Of a DNA stretch of 64,000 nucleotides, positions 1-15,000 are shown piece by piece. A model generated the notes under the pieces. The model had not been told where the DNA came from and did no database searches. It saw nothing but the letters and a program-made list of their open reading frames with translations. The position numbers and the translations under genes are program-made. Positions within the stretch are counted from its first letter, which is position 1. The number at the start of each line of letters is the position of its first letter. Source of the DNA: Endomicrobiales bacterium (GTDB lineage: Bacteria > Elusimicrobiota > Endomicrobiia > Endomicrobiales > JALOBY01); assembly GCA_963796955.1 (NCBI GenBank), contig CAWCNJ010000002.1:1-64000 (forward strand), read 5' to 3'.

Positions 1-3000
1 TATCATAATCACCGGCAGCGGCAGCGGTGCCATAGCGGTTGCCGGCGCCAACCCAAACAGCGGTCGCATCCATATAGCCGTTGGTTGCCAGATCGTTACG
101 GTACAGTGCAGCAGAGCTTGGGTAATTACCCGGCGCTTCAAATACATCCAGCCAGCCGTCGTTGTTGTAATCGGCAAATACGTTTTGAGGGCACGGGCGG
201 CCGCCGCCAAAAGCCCACGTTGCGGCGCCATTGAACGAACCGGCGTTATTTTGATATATTTTGCTTGTCGGATTACTCTGCATTCCAAAAAGCAGGTCAA
301 GGTAGCCGTCATTATTGTAATCACCAAAACTGATAGACCAGCCTTGCGAAGGAACGCCGCCATGGGTATTTGACCACACGGCAGAGGTGGTCAAGGTACC
401 GTTATCATTGCGATACAACCGCGCGGGCTGCCCAGAACCTTCATTTATTATTGCCAGGTCCAGGTCGCCGTCGTTGTCATAGTCTCCCCAGGCGCAGTTA
501 TACGCAGTACCGTTGTCGGTATTAGCCCAGACACCGGTTTGGGTAAAAACACCATTATCGTTACGGTATATCCTGCTCGGCCCCGAGGTATTGGTTACTG
601 CAATATCCAGGTCGCCGTCGTTGTCGTAATCACCGGCATTGATTCCATAATTATTGCCGAAATCCGTGCTTACCCAACCGGACGGGCTAAACAAGCCGTT
701 ATGGTTGTGGTACATCGCCGCCGCATTCGCCCCCACTTGCACCGTTACTATATCCAGCCAGCCGTCATTGTCGAAATCACCGCAGGCCACACTGTTTGCT
801 TGCGGCAAATTGTTCCCGGCAACCGCATTTATTGTTAACGTTCCGTTATCGTTGCGGAAAACGCTGGTTTGCCCCGCGCTAAGCAGGTCCAGCCAGCCGT
901 TATTGTAAAAATCTCCCCATATCGTTGCATTCCCTGTGGCATTTTGAGCATATGAACTCCATATCAAGGCGAGCGCGCCCGACGTTGCGGTGCAGGTGTT
1001 CGACAGCACGCTCCAATTACCCGCGCTATCAACGGTCTTGAGCGCAAAATAGTACTGCGTGTCCGGTTTAAGCCCCGTAATTCCTTCTGTTTCGGCAGTG
1101 CCGAGCGGGCCCGATACCGTGCGGTTCGTTTTCCAGACATTGGCGGTCGGCCAATCGAACGGTGTATTGGATGTGTAACGAATCTCATAATAGCTGGCCG
1201 CGGCACCTGGTGTGAAGTAATTATTGCCCGGTGCGCTCCAGGTTAACTGCACCTGAGAACCTTTCGTTGCAGCAAGGGTTGTAACCCCGGCTGGCGGGAT
1301 GTTGCAAATAAAGCTTTGCGGCGCGCTCCAGGGGCCGGCTTTCAGGGCCGGATCTATCGCCTGCACGGACCAGAAATAGGTTACACCGTCGGTCAGCCTG
1401 CCGGGTTTCAGCTTTATGGCGACATTGGTATCACCATCCAAGCCGGGCACCGGGCGCACAAAATTACCCAGCACGGAACTTGCGCAGGCGCCGGAAATAG
1501 TATCGCTGGCGGTAACCACCGTTCCATTGTTTGTGGAGCCGCCAAGCCGAACGTTGTAGTATAAACCGGATGATGCAGTCGCATCGTCAGTTGATGGCGC
1601 CCACGTAAGCTTAATAGTGCCGCTGGAAAGCTGTTGCACATAGTTAAAACCGCTGGAAGGCGCCGCCGGCGCGGTGTTGGTGGAACCGAATTCGGCGAAC
1701 TGGTTGCGGAAAACCTTCAATGTTTCACTCAGCGTACTGCCAAGGGCGAGGTCCGCGTCCCCGTCCTGGTCGTAATCAGCAACTGCGAGAGAACTACAAT
1801 ATTTCATATCCTGATTGTAATTTGAACCCCATACCGGATTGGTGTTTAAATTCCCGCCGTCATTGCGGTATATATAAACCGCTGCATTATAAATGCTCTG
1901 CACTACATCCGGCAGGCCGTCGTTGTTTAAATCAGCAACAGCCAAACCGTAAACGGATGGCGGGCTTGATGCTGTCCAGGTGGCAGTCGGGCTAAACCAT
2001 GTTCCGCTTTTTGTATTAAGATACATCTTTGCCGGTGTGTTCAAGTAGCCAATGAGAAGGTCAAGGTAACCGTCATTATTTATATCTCCCCAACTGACAC
2101 AGATGCTATTTGTCTGATCAGTGTTATTCCAGACGCCATTAGCCGTCATAATGCCATTGTCATTACGGTATATCCGTGTATATTGTGCGCCGCCGTTGTT
2201 ATTTGCCACTACCAGGTCAAGGTCGCCGTCATTGTCATAATCGCCAAAGGCGAGGTTGCTGGAAACATTACCGGCATCAACGGAGTTCCACACCGGGGTT
2301 GTGGTAAACATTCCATTATCATTGCGATAGATGCGGGTCGGGTAAACAGAAGCGCCGCCCGCATTGCTGATGGCAATATCCAAGTCCCCGTCGTTGTCAA
2401 AATCTCCAGCCGCCACACTATTGTTAGTTCCCCAGTCCGCATTAGCCCAGCCGGAATCACTAAAGAAGCCGTTAGTATTTTTGTAGTATTTGGCAGATCT
2501 GGTGGTATAGGCAACCGTAACCATATCAATGGTTCCGTTGTTATCAAAATCTCCGCTTGCCGCACCGCTTTCATTGATATAAAATCCACTTGCAGCGGCA
2601 TCAGCGGTCAAAATTCCGTTGTCGTTGCGAAACACAGCTGATGGATTACCTGCAACAAAGAGACTTGGGTAGCCGGTGCCATAAAAGTCGCCCCACACCA
2701 TACCATCGCCGCCGGTGGTAGCATAAATGCTGGCATTAGAATGCCATGCCTGATACATCCAACCGGCCGTTGACACTGAAACATTGGATTGTCCGCTGCG
2801 GTTGCCGCCGGCATCTACGGCAACAATGGCAAAACCGTACAAGCTGTCGGGTTTCAGGCCGGTTATCACCTCTGTGTCGCCTGCGCCCTGTAGCAGCGCG
2901 GTAGGCCGCATAGACTTCCACACCGTAGATGTCGCCCAGGTGAACGGTGTAATAGTGGTACTGTACCTTATTTCATAGCCTGCCGGGCCAGGGCCCGCCG

Positions 3001-6000
3001 CATAGTAGTTATCTCCGGGCGTTGTCCAGGTTAGCGTTATCTGCCCGCCCTTGGCTGCAACCAGGCTTGTTACAGCTCCCGGCGGGATATTGAATACAAA
3101 ACTGCTGGGCACAACGCTCCAGGCACTTGCGCGCATGGACGGATCCATCGCCTGCACTCCCCAATAATAGGTAACACCGTCATGCAGGTTGCCGGGTTTA
3201 ACTTCTACGGCTACGCGCGCGTCGCCATCAAGATTAGGGACAGGACGAACGAAATTGCCAAGGATTGACGAAGCGCAAGCACCAGATATTACCGAGCTAG
3301 AGGTAACAACCGTTCCATTGTTGGTTGAAGCGCCAAGGCGCACGCTGTAGTAAAGGCCGCCTACCGGCGTCTTATCATCAGTGGAGGCATTCCAAAGCAG
3401 CTTTATGGTGCCGCTGGAGGCCTGAGGTATCATGGCAAAACCGGTACTAGGCGTGGAGGGAGCAGAGTCGGTGGAGCCGAAATCGGCGTACATATTGCGG
3501 TAAATACCTGCCCCAGAAGGAGCGGGGTTACTATAGGCCCCTGTAACAAAATCCAGGTCGCCATCACTATCCCAATCGCCGAATGCCGCAGGCAAGCCAA
3601 CGGTTGGGGCTGTTACATACAAACCATTCCATGTATTGACCATCGTGCCGCCATCGTTGCGATATAACGCCGAATTACCTACCCCAGCCAGGCCAATATC
3701 GATCCAACCATCGTTATTAAAATCTCCAAATGTTGCGCCACGCCAGTCGCTGGCTGCGGAATTCCAGAAGGCAGCACGGGAAGTGTTATCTAGTGGAGCA
3801 TGAGATGAGTTATGATACAGCTTTGTTGGAGAGGAACCAGACAAACCAACAGCAACAAGCAGGTCAAGATAACCATCATTATCATAGTCTCCAAAACAAG
3901 GTGCAAGACCGTTAAAGTCGCTAGAGGCCCACACCCCTGACGTAGTCAAAGTTCCGTTGTCATTGCGATATATCCTGATGGGCTGGCTGGGTCCATCATT
4001 TGCGACTGCCAGATCAAGGTCGCCATCGTTATCATAATCGCCCCAGGCGCAATAGCCGCCCCATCCAGCATCGACGTTGCTCCAAACTGCAGTTCTAGTA
4101 AACAGCTGCCCGCCGCCGTCATTGCGATAAATTCGCGTCGGATAGCTAAACGAACTATAATTTGTAATCGCAATGTCAAGGTCACCATCATTGTCAAAAT
4201 CTCCGGCCGACACACCGGTATCCAGCAGATTATCGGTGTTGCTCCATAGCGCGGTCGTCGAGAGGCTTCCATTGCTGTTTAGGTACAGTTTCGTTGGGCC
4301 GTTTGAGTAGTTGGAAAACACCGCGTCCAGCAGACCATCATTGTTAAAATCGCCTACCGCCAGGCCTTGTCCACCAATCGAATCTGAGGCCGTCCAGGAT
4401 GGGGCAGGGAACCAGGTGTTCGGGAAAGCGCCGTTGCTGTTCATGTAAACCTGGTTTTGAGCGCCGGCTATTATAAGATCCGGGTAGCCGTTTCCGTCAA
4501 GGTCGGCTAACACCCCCCCGGCGGAATAATATTGTGTTCTCGACGCAAGGTAGAACTCATTAGCAACGAAAGTACAGGTATTAGATTGCACGCTCCAATT
4601 GCCGTTACTATCCACCGTTTTAAGGGCAAACCAATAAGCGGTATCAGGTTTAAGTCCGGTTATACCTTCGGTTTCACTAAAGCCTACCGGCCCCCCTACA
4701 GGCCGGACAGATTTCCAAACATTGGCATTGGCCCATGTAAATGGCGCGTTAGACGAATAACGTATTTCGTAATAGTTAGCCGCAGCACCTGGCGAAAAAT
4801 AATTATTCCCGGGAGCCGTCCATACCAACATCGCCTGCGCCGACCACAAATTGACACCAGACACGGCAAGATTTGTAACACCAGAGGGTGGTATGTTGCA
4901 GACAAAACTGGATGTTGCCACGCTCCAGGCGCTGGCGCGTAGTGAAGGGTCTATCGCCTGCACCGACCAGAAATATGTAACGCCGTCCGTTAGCCTGCCG
5001 GGTTTTAACTCAAAAGCCACTCGTGAATCGCCGTCAAGGTTTGGCACGGGGCGGACAAAATTGCCAAAAGTTGACGTAGCGTAAGCGCCTGAAATGATTG
5101 AACTTGAGGTAACAATTGTTCCATTATTCGTAGAGGCGCCTACCCGAACATTGTAGTAAAGGCCATTTGAAGGAGTAATATCATCAATTGAGGCATTCCA
5201 GAGAAGTTTTACTGTGCTGCTGGAAGCCTGCGGTATTACAGCGAAAGTATTTACGTCAGGCATTGATGGCGCAGTATCAGTGGAACCAAACTCGGCGTAC
5301 ATGTTGCGGTAAAGCCTTGCGCGATTGCCCTGGCCGCCCGCAAGAATGTCCAGGTCTCCGTCGCCATCATAATCGCCGAAGGCGCATGAGTAATAAAAAC
5401 CCGGCCCACCCATTGTTTCGCTTGACCACCTGAGGTTAAGAACGCCGGCATCGTTACTAAATATTGATACCGTGAACGCATTGGCTATAGCAACATCGAT
5501 GGCGCCGTCGTTATTATAATCGCCGAAAACGGCTGTCCCCATATTCCCTGCGACAGAGCTGCTCCACGAGTATGAAGTGGCAAGAGAGCCGTTGGTGTTC
5601 TTGTATATCCGTGCACCGTAATTACTGCCATAAAGCAGGTCCAGGTAACCGTCATTATTGTAGTCGCCCCAAGCTAAACTCGGTGGAATACCCGCTCCAG
5701 ATATGGTATCAACGCTTGCCCAAACCCCAGATTGGGTCAGTGCCCCGTTATCATTACGATATAGCCTTATCGGCTGGCCGACGGCACCGTTTGCCACGGC
5801 AAGATCCAGGTCGCCGTCATTATCGTAATCGGCGAATGCAATGCCGGCTGAATTGCCGGCATCAACGCTTGCCCAAATACTTGTCTGTGTTAGCACGCCA
5901 TTATCATTGCGGTACAGGCGCGTAGGCTTGCCACCGCCGGCGTTGCTCACTGCAAGGTCCAGGTCGCCGTCATTGTCACAATCGCCAACCGCCGTGGCCC

Positions 6001-9000
6001 ACGGAGAGAAACCATCCGTGCTGGTCCATGATGCCGATACATCCAGCACTCCGTGGTTATTAAGGTACAACTGCGTATTAGGATTGCCGCTGACTATATC
6101 GATGTAACCATCATTGTTAAAATCACCAGCAGAGAGGCCATAACCTGAATAAGTCCAAACAGGATCCCCGGTAAGCACACCATTATCATTCCTGTATTCG
6201 CCCCCGCCGCCGGTTATCAAGTCAGAATCACCGTCATTGTCAATGTCGGCCCACAACGCCCAATTATTAGCGATCGCGCTATTGGACCACCAGACAGGAT
6301 AAAACGCGCCTGCCAAGACGGTGCATGTATTTGAGACTACACTCCAGTTACCGGAGTTATCGACTGTTTTCAAGGCAAAATAATATTGTGTTTCCGGTTT
6401 AAGGCCGGTTAACATCTCTGTTTCGCTGAAGCCTGCCGTGCCGCCGACCGGGCGCACTGATTTCCAAACATTGGCGTTGTTCCACACGAATGGGATCGTG
6501 GATGAGTATCGTATTTCATAATAGTTGGCAGGCTTAACGGGGTCGTAGTAATTATCGCCGGGGGCCGTCCACGAAAGGGTCACCTGCTGAGTTTTTGTTG
6601 CCACAAGGGTAGTAACCTGTCCCGGGGGAGCAACAAACGTAAAGCTTGATTTTGCCACGCTCCAGGGGCTGGCGGCAAGGCCGGCGTCTATTGTTTGCAC
6701 GTCCCAATAATAGGTAACATTGTCCTGCAACCTGCCGAGTTTCAGACGGAGACCTACGTGGGTAGCGTCGCCATCCAGGCCCACTGCCGGGCGGATGAAG
6801 TTACCCATAAGCGGCGAGCTGTAAATGCCGCTTATTGTTGAACTGGCGGTTAATACGCCACCTGCCGTAACAGAACCTATGCGTACATTATAATAGAGCC
6901 CAGATGTAGCCGTTGCGGTTGAGCCTATACCGCTGTTATCAAGCGCCGGGTTCCACGACAGTTTAACAGCGCTATTTGAAGGCTGTATTGTCGTATTAAA
7001 ATAGCCCGTTGGTGCAGAGGGCGCCATATTAGGCGCGCCGAATTCGGCATATTCGTTGCGGTATATGCGGGGTGAAGCCGGGGTTCCGGCGGACGGCAGC
7101 ACAATATCAACATCACCATCATTATCAAGATCTCCAACGGCATGATACCCACCGAGGATGGTAGCGCCGCTTTTCCAGGTAACGCTATTTGTAAGGGACC
7201 CCGCCCCGGTATTACGGAATGCATACATGGTACCCTGGGCGCCTATTAATAAGTCTGGGTAACCGTCGCTGTTGTAATCACACAGGGATGAAGACATCCA
7301 GTAGTCGTTCGTGGGCGTAGCCCATACCGCCGCGGTGTTCATTGCACCGCTATTGTTTTTGTACAGCCAGGCATTGGACCCGCCGTTAACAAAATCCGTA
7401 ACTACCATATCCAAATAACCGTCATTATCCACATCGCCCCAGCAAACGGCATTGCCCTGGCCGGTTGCGCCGCCGCTTGTTGCGGTCCATACAGGCGCTG
7501 AAGTCAAAAGACCGTTATCATTACGATAGATCGTTCGCGCCAGTAACGATGTCCCGGTAATCCAGTAGGTTCCCCTGCCTCCGCCGACGGTAACAAGGTC
7601 CAGGTCGCCATCATTATCATAGTCGCCCCAGGCACCGACGCAGTTGTTGCTTACCGGAGCCATAGACCATGCCGCCGTAGAAGTCAGCACGCCGCTGTCG
7701 TTACGGTATACACGCACATAAGAACTATTGTTAAACACCATCAAATCCAGGTCGCCGTCGTTATCGTAATCACCAAGAATTGTGCAGGTGGGCTGCAGAT
7801 TGTCGCCATTTGTCCAGCTTGCTCTCTGTAATAAGCCCACGCCCGCATCATTGCGGTACAGGCGGGTAACCGAGCTGTTGTAGCTTACAACCAAATCCAG
7901 CGTTCCGTCGTTGTTCATATCGCCCAGCGCAGGCGGTACATTTACCGCACCGGCAACATCAAGAGCGTTCCAGATCGGGGCAGCGGTTATCACACCTGCA
8001 TTATTTTGATACTCATATAAGCTGGCGGTGCCGCCGATGATCACGTCCAAGTACCCGTCATTATTCATATCGCCGAGTACCGCTGCCTGACCATCGGATG
8101 TGTTCCCCGACCAGGAAGCGAAAAATGCGCTGGAAGTGCTTATAGATATATTCGACAAATTGCTGCGCAAACCTGTAGGGTTTACCGTTTGAATGGCAAA
8201 AGCGTATGGCGTATCGGGCTTAAGGCCGGTGATGGTTTCGGTTTCCGTAAAACCCGCAGGCCCCCCGACAGGACGCGCCGATTTCCAGATCTTTGTATCA
8301 GCGGCAGACCAGCTAAATGAGCTCAGGGGCGTCGTGGAAGAATAACGTATCTCATAAGAGGTTGCCTGGCCGGTGTACATATAGTTGCCGGGGGCCGCCC
8401 AGGTAAGCGATACCTGGTCGCCGGTAACTGCAGTCAGGCAGGTTATAGGCCCGGGTGGTATTGAACAAATAGTGCTTTGCGCCACGCTCCAGGGGCTGGC
8501 GCGCAGGCCGGCGTCTATGGTTTGCACCGACCAGTAATAAGTAACATTATTAATTAAGCGAAACGGGTTGATCCTAAAGCCGATATTAGACATATCGCCG
8601 TCCAGCCCCAGGGCCGGGCGAACAAAATTACCAAAGAGCGGCGAACCATAAACGCCGCTGATAGTACTGCTTGCGCTTATAACCGTACCATTAGCCGTTG
8701 AAGAACCGAACCGTACGTTATAATACAGGCCGTTCGCCGGTGTCGCACCCGTACCGTTATCAGAAGCCGGGCTCCACGTGATCTTAATATCTCCGGTGGA
8801 CGGCTGAATAATAAAACTAAAATTCCCGATCGGGGCTGAGGGAGCAGCGTTTACGTTTCCAAATTCAGCGTATTCGCTGCGATACAGCCGTAAGTCCGGT
8901 TTGTCGTAGTTGCCAATAAGAATATCAAGGTCACCATCATTGTCATAATCAGCCACAGAGGCCACACAACCATTTCCAGAATCCGCGCTGGCCCATATCT

Positions 9001-12000
9001 GCGGCAATGTTGGGGACCCGACAACAAAATCATTACGGAACACCTTTGCCGGTACACCTATGCCATCCATAACCACATCCAGATAGCCATCGTTGTTGAC
9101 GTCACCGAATACCGGCGTAACGCAACCACCGGCAGCGGTCCATACAGGCGTTTGAGTATAGACGGATGCGTCATTTCGATATATTTTGGTTATGCCGGTA
9201 TCGGTCCTTGTTATCAAAATATCAAGATCACCATCGTTATCATAATCTCCAAAGATCGGGCCATAATATTGGCCGGTTACATCAGTATTTATTGCTGCCC
9301 CGGTGGTTAAGAAAACGCCAAAGTTATTGCGATAAATACGCAGAGGATAGTTAGCATTGCAGATGGCAAAATCAAGCCAGCCGTCATTGTTATAGTCGGC
9401 CCAAGCGCCTAATTCTTCGTTGGCATTACCGCAATCAGTGCTTGTCCATGCCGCGGTTTGGGTAAATATACCGTTATCATTTCGATAAATACGTGACTGA
9501 CCATTGACGTAACAGGCAAGAAGGTCAAGGTCGCCGTCATTGTCGTAATCGCCCAGTGCAACTGAATTGTTGGCAGCGGTGGCGCCGCCATCAGTGTTAG
9601 ACCAAACGCTCGTTGGCGTTAAAGGGAACCCAAAAGCCCCGTTATCGTTGCGGTAAATGTGGATGGGGTTTCCGTTTGTTTGGTTACCAGTGATAAGGTC
9701 CAGGTCTCCGTCATTATCTATATCGCCCCAAACCATGGTCGAAGCCCAGGATAATGTATCGGTGTTGGACCAGATGGGAGTCTGAGTTATTGTTCCGCCG
9801 TCGTTGCGGTATAACTTTATGCGGTTGATAGCCCCACCTACGGCAAGGTCAAGATATCCGTCATTGTTATAATCTCCCCACGCCGAGGAACGGGGGTCAT
9901 CAACATCGGTATTTGACCAAAACCTGTAAAACGCGCTGGCTGAACAGGTAGAGATGTTAGAAATATCGCTCCAGTTACCGGCCTTGTCTACTGTTTTAAT
10001 GGCAAAATAATAGGTAGTGTCGGGTTTAAGACCAGTGACTTGTTCCAATTCAGCGGAGCCAACCATACCTGTTACCGGGCGTAAAGCTTTCCAGACCATT
10101 GTGTCCAGAGCCGACCACGTAAACCCTGCGGTGTTTGAGGTGTAGCGTATTTCGTAATAGCTGGCGGTGGAACCTGGGGACCAGTAGTTATCGCCTGGCG
10201 CTAACCAGGAAAGCTTTACCTGAGAGCCCGGAACCGCGACAAGGGTGGTTATCGGGCCCGGCGGAATTTGCATAGTGCTGATCTTTTGCGGTGCGCTCCA
10301 GGGGCTGGCCCTGAGCCCTGAGTCAATTGTCTGCACCGCCCACCAGTAGGTAACGCCATCTTGCAGCCTGCCGGGTTTAATTCTAAAACCTACATTGGAA
10401 TTATCACCGTCAATACCCAACACCGGCCTTATGAAATTTCCCATAAGAGGCGAGCCGTAAACACCGCTGACAGTAGAGCTTGCCGTTACAATGGTGCCAT
10501 TGCTGGTGGATGAACCCATGCGAACGTTATAATAAAGCCCATTCTGGGGAGTTTCTACGTCGGTGGCAGGGCTCCAAGTTAGTTTTATAGTTCCGCTTGA
10601 AACCTGCGTTACTACCCCAAAACCGCTTGGAGTAGCGGGTACAGAGTTACCTGTGCCGAATTCGGCGTATTCATTCCGGAATATTTGTGACGCCAAATTC
10701 GTATAAGAAACAGTAAGGTCCAGGTCACCGTCGTTATCAATATCACCAAAGATAGCGGAAGTATAATTACCCGGGGATATACCTACCCACGCCGGTGTTG
10801 TAACAGCTGAGCCGGCATTGTTTTTATAAATGCATGCGCCACCGGTATTAGCCCCAAGATTTCCAAACACAACATCGGGGTAACCGTCATTATTGAAATC
10901 GCCGAACGATGGCAAGGCTGCGGCGACACTGTAAATATTCCACGACGCCAAACCTGAGGTGGCGATCACACCTGCGGAATTTTTGTACATGCGGGAATAG
11001 CCAGCGTAGTGCGTCACGAAAATATCAAGATAGCCGTCATTATCATAATCGGCCACTGCAATACCGTCGGATGACGGGCCGCTGGTGGCAAAGTCGGTAT
11101 TTGCCCACACACCCGACGCCGTGAGGGTGCCATTGTCATTGCGGTAAAGTCTGTCGGCCTGGTTAGCATTATCGTTAGCAATTGCAAGGTCCAGATCTCC
11201 GTCGTTATCGTAATCGAATAATACCCCACCCGAAGGATAGCCGCTGTCATACACCGCCCAGGTGGTGGTCTGGGTCAACAAACCATTGTCGTTGCGGTAC
11301 ATTACGGAAGGTGCCACATTGTTTAGCACAACCAGATCAAGGTCGCCGTCCATATCCACGTCGCCGCATAACGGCACGGCATTTGCCGCATTTGCCGTTT
11401 TAGATGACCACGCGTATGTCTGGTTTATAGAGCCATTATCATTGCGATACAACCTGACAAACGTATTGGCGAGAACAATGTCAAGATCACCGTCATTATC
11501 AAAGTCACCGAACAATGGTATATTACCTGGCGTTTGAGTGTCAGTGGGAGCCCATGCCGATGTCGTTGCTAGAGAACCATTATTATTGTTATACAGAACA
11601 GGGGTGGACCAAGTGGGAACTCCAAGCATATCAAGCCATCCATCGTTGTTGTAATCCCCCAATATCGAGTAGGAATTGTTAGTCACGGAAGTCCACATAA
11701 GGCCCATGGGGCTGGCGATCGCGGTGGAGATATTGGAAATATCGCTCCAGTTACCGGTTTTATCAACGGTCTTCATTGCAAAATAATACGTGGTGTCCGG
11801 CTTAAGGCCGGTAACCATTTCGGTTTCAGCCGTACCTACCATCCCCGTAACGGGGCGGGCGGATTTCCACAGATTGGCTGTCCCGAAGTTATTTGTCCAA
11901 TCGTAAGGAGTGTTCGAGGTGTAGCGGATCTCGTAATAGCTGGCGGTTGAACCGGGCGCGTAGTAGTTATCGCCTGGGGCCAGCCAGGAGAGTTTTACCT

Positions 12001-15000
12001 GCGAGCCTGGGACTGCAGCAAGGGTGGTTATCGGGGCCGGCGGATACTGAAAGGCAAACGTTTGATTAGCGCTCCAGGGCCCGGCCTTCAGGCCGGCATC
12101 TATCGCCTGCACTGCCCAAGTATAGGCAACAGCATCTTGTATGCGGCCTGGAATAATTTTAAGGCCTACACGGGCGCTGTCACCATCTAACCCGGTGACC
12201 GGGCGTATGAAATTACCCATCAACGGAGAACCGTATACGCCGGTAATAACACTACTTGAATTTACCACCGTTCCAAACCGCACATTATAAGAAAGCCCCG
12301 CGGAAGGCGTCTGTCCGGTGCCGGCATCAACAGAGGGATTCCACACAAGTTTGAGCACACCATTAGAAATTTCCGGGATTTGGGCAAAACCGCCTGATGG
12401 CGCGGCTGGCCCGGTATTTACCGTTCCAAACTCGGCGTATTCGTTGCGAAAGAGTTTTTGTGAGACGCCATTTGATCCAAAAGAGCAGTCAAGGTCGCCG
12501 TCGTTATCGTAATCAGCGATGGCAACGCCAAACAACCCCCAGGCTACGCCTAAGTTAATTACCGGGCTGGTGTTTAAAGTGCCGCTATCATTACGGAATA
12601 CACTCAAATAAGACATTCCACCACCACCGTCGTATCCCTCAATTAGGTCGGGGTATCCGTCATTGTTGTAATCGCCAAAAACATCTGGAGCATTACTGGC
12701 GTAGGGAACAGTCCAGAATGCTGTCGTGGTAGTAATAGGGGCATTATGATTATGATATACGTTCAAATGGCCGCCGTTCCCGCCGATGACCAGGTCCAGC
12801 CAGCCGTCATTGTCAAAGTCGCCGAAGGAGAGAGAGCCCTCATTCATGATGTCGGTAACGGCCCAGGCAGACGTTGTGGTTAACGCGCCATTGTCGTTGC
12901 GGTATATGCGTCCGGGGTAGGTAACGCCGTTGTTAGCAACCGCCAGATCCAGATCCCCGTCGTTATCGTAGTCGCCAAAGGCAATGCTCCCCGCAGAATT
13001 GCCGTCAGTATTAGACCAGACAGCTGTTTGGGTAAAGACTCCGTTATCATTGCGATATATTCTATCAGCACCGCTGGTATTGCCTATGGCAAGATCAAGG
13101 TCGCCATCATTATCGTAATCGCCGCAAGTAACGCAGCGGTTGCTGCCCCAGTCGGAATTTGACCACGAGCTGGTTTGAGAAAGCGAGGCCAGGCCGGAAT
13201 TATATTGATAAAGCCTCGCGGGAGCGATTGCATTATTAACGATCGCAACATCCAGATAGCCGTCGTTGTTGTAATCTCCGACAGCTAATCCAAGTCCGAG
13301 AGTTGCTTCGCTGGGACTCCAGGACGAGTTCACAGATAAGGCGCCGCTTGTGTTGTGATAAAGACAAGCGGTCGGCTGTCCGCCAACCAGAAGATCGGGG
13401 TATCCATCGCCGTCAAAATCCGCCCAGACATTCTGGTAGACGGACGTAAAGCTGTTAATGCTGGCCCAGGCAGAATACAGCGCCCCGGCTGTCCCGGTGG
13501 AGATATTGGAAATATCGCTCCAATTGCCTGCGGTGTCTTTGGTTTTTAGGGCGAAATAATAAGTAGTGTCAGGCTTAAGGCCGGTAATGATCTCCGTCTC
13601 AGCACGGCCCATCATGCCGGTAACCGGGCGGGCGGCTTTCCAGACTTTGGTATCAACAGCGCTCCAATTAAAGGGTGGGGTGTTTGAGGAATAACGAATT
13701 TCGTAATAGCTGGCCGAAGATCCAGCGGCATAATAATTGTCGCCTGGGGCGATCCAGGAAAGGGTTATTTGGGCGCCTGGTACGGCAGTAAGGCTGGTTA
13801 CCGGCGCGGGCGGAAATTGTAAATTAAAGCTTTGCGGCGCGCTCCAGGGGCTAGTTCTTAAACCTGCGTCTATGGTTTGCACGGCGTAGAAATACGTAAC
13901 GCCGTCTTGCAGGCGGCCGGTGTTAAGCCTATAGCCGACTTTTGAACTATCGCCGTCAAGGCCGGTTACCGGGCGGATGAAATTACCCATCAGCGGCGAG
14001 CCGTAAACGCCGGTTACGGTGCCGCTTGCACAAATTACTGTGCCATTATTTGTAGAAGATCCGATGCGGACGTTATAATAAAGCCCTGCCTGCGGGGTCG
14101 CCCCCGCGCCGCTATCCGTTGCCGGCGCCCAGGCAAGTTTAATTGTGCCGCTGGAAATTTGGCTTGTAACGGCAAAACCGGAGTTCGGCGCGGCAGGCGC
14201 GGCATTACTGTTGCCAAATTCAGCGTTTTCGTTGCGATATACATGTTGTATCCATTGTCCATTATTGCCCCAAATAAATGCGTCGATATCACCGTCGTTA
14301 TCGTAATCGCCAACAGTAATTCCAAGGCCGCCAGCAACAATACTAGGCGTTTGCGCTCCAATCGTTCCTGCGTTGTTATAATAGGACAGTAGCCCATTAA
14401 ATTCTGTGGGTGTTACAATTTCAGGGAATCCATCGTTATTTAAGTCGACAATGGCAGGACTATGTGATGAAGTACTACCCCCGGTCCAGACAGTTGTAAA
14501 TGTCCCATTCCCATTATTGCGATACAACCGAGAAAGAGCAGTTTGGTTGGTCACCAGAATGTCAACATAACCATCGCCATCATAGTCACCAACCGCAAGG
14601 CCACTGGGCCCTGACGAATAATCACCATTAGACCAAACACCATTTGTTGTATAAACACCACCATCATTGCGATATATTCGCATAGGCGTATTGGCGCCTG
14701 CACCTTTAACAATATCCAGATCGCCATCGTTATCATAATCTAAAAAGACAAGGCCTGTTGGAGTATCACCATAATCAGAGCTAACCCCCATTCCTGTAAC
14801 AATTAACGTTCCATTGTCATTACGATATAAACGAATAGGGCCACCGGTATTTACCCCTGCAACGTCAATATCCCCATCATTATCATAGTCGCCAACTGTA
14901 AATGTATTATCTGCATTGTTCGAAGTCCAAAGCCATACAAAACTACCTGTATCATTACGATAGTAACGCAAACCAGTGCTTATTAAGTCTAAATCTCCAT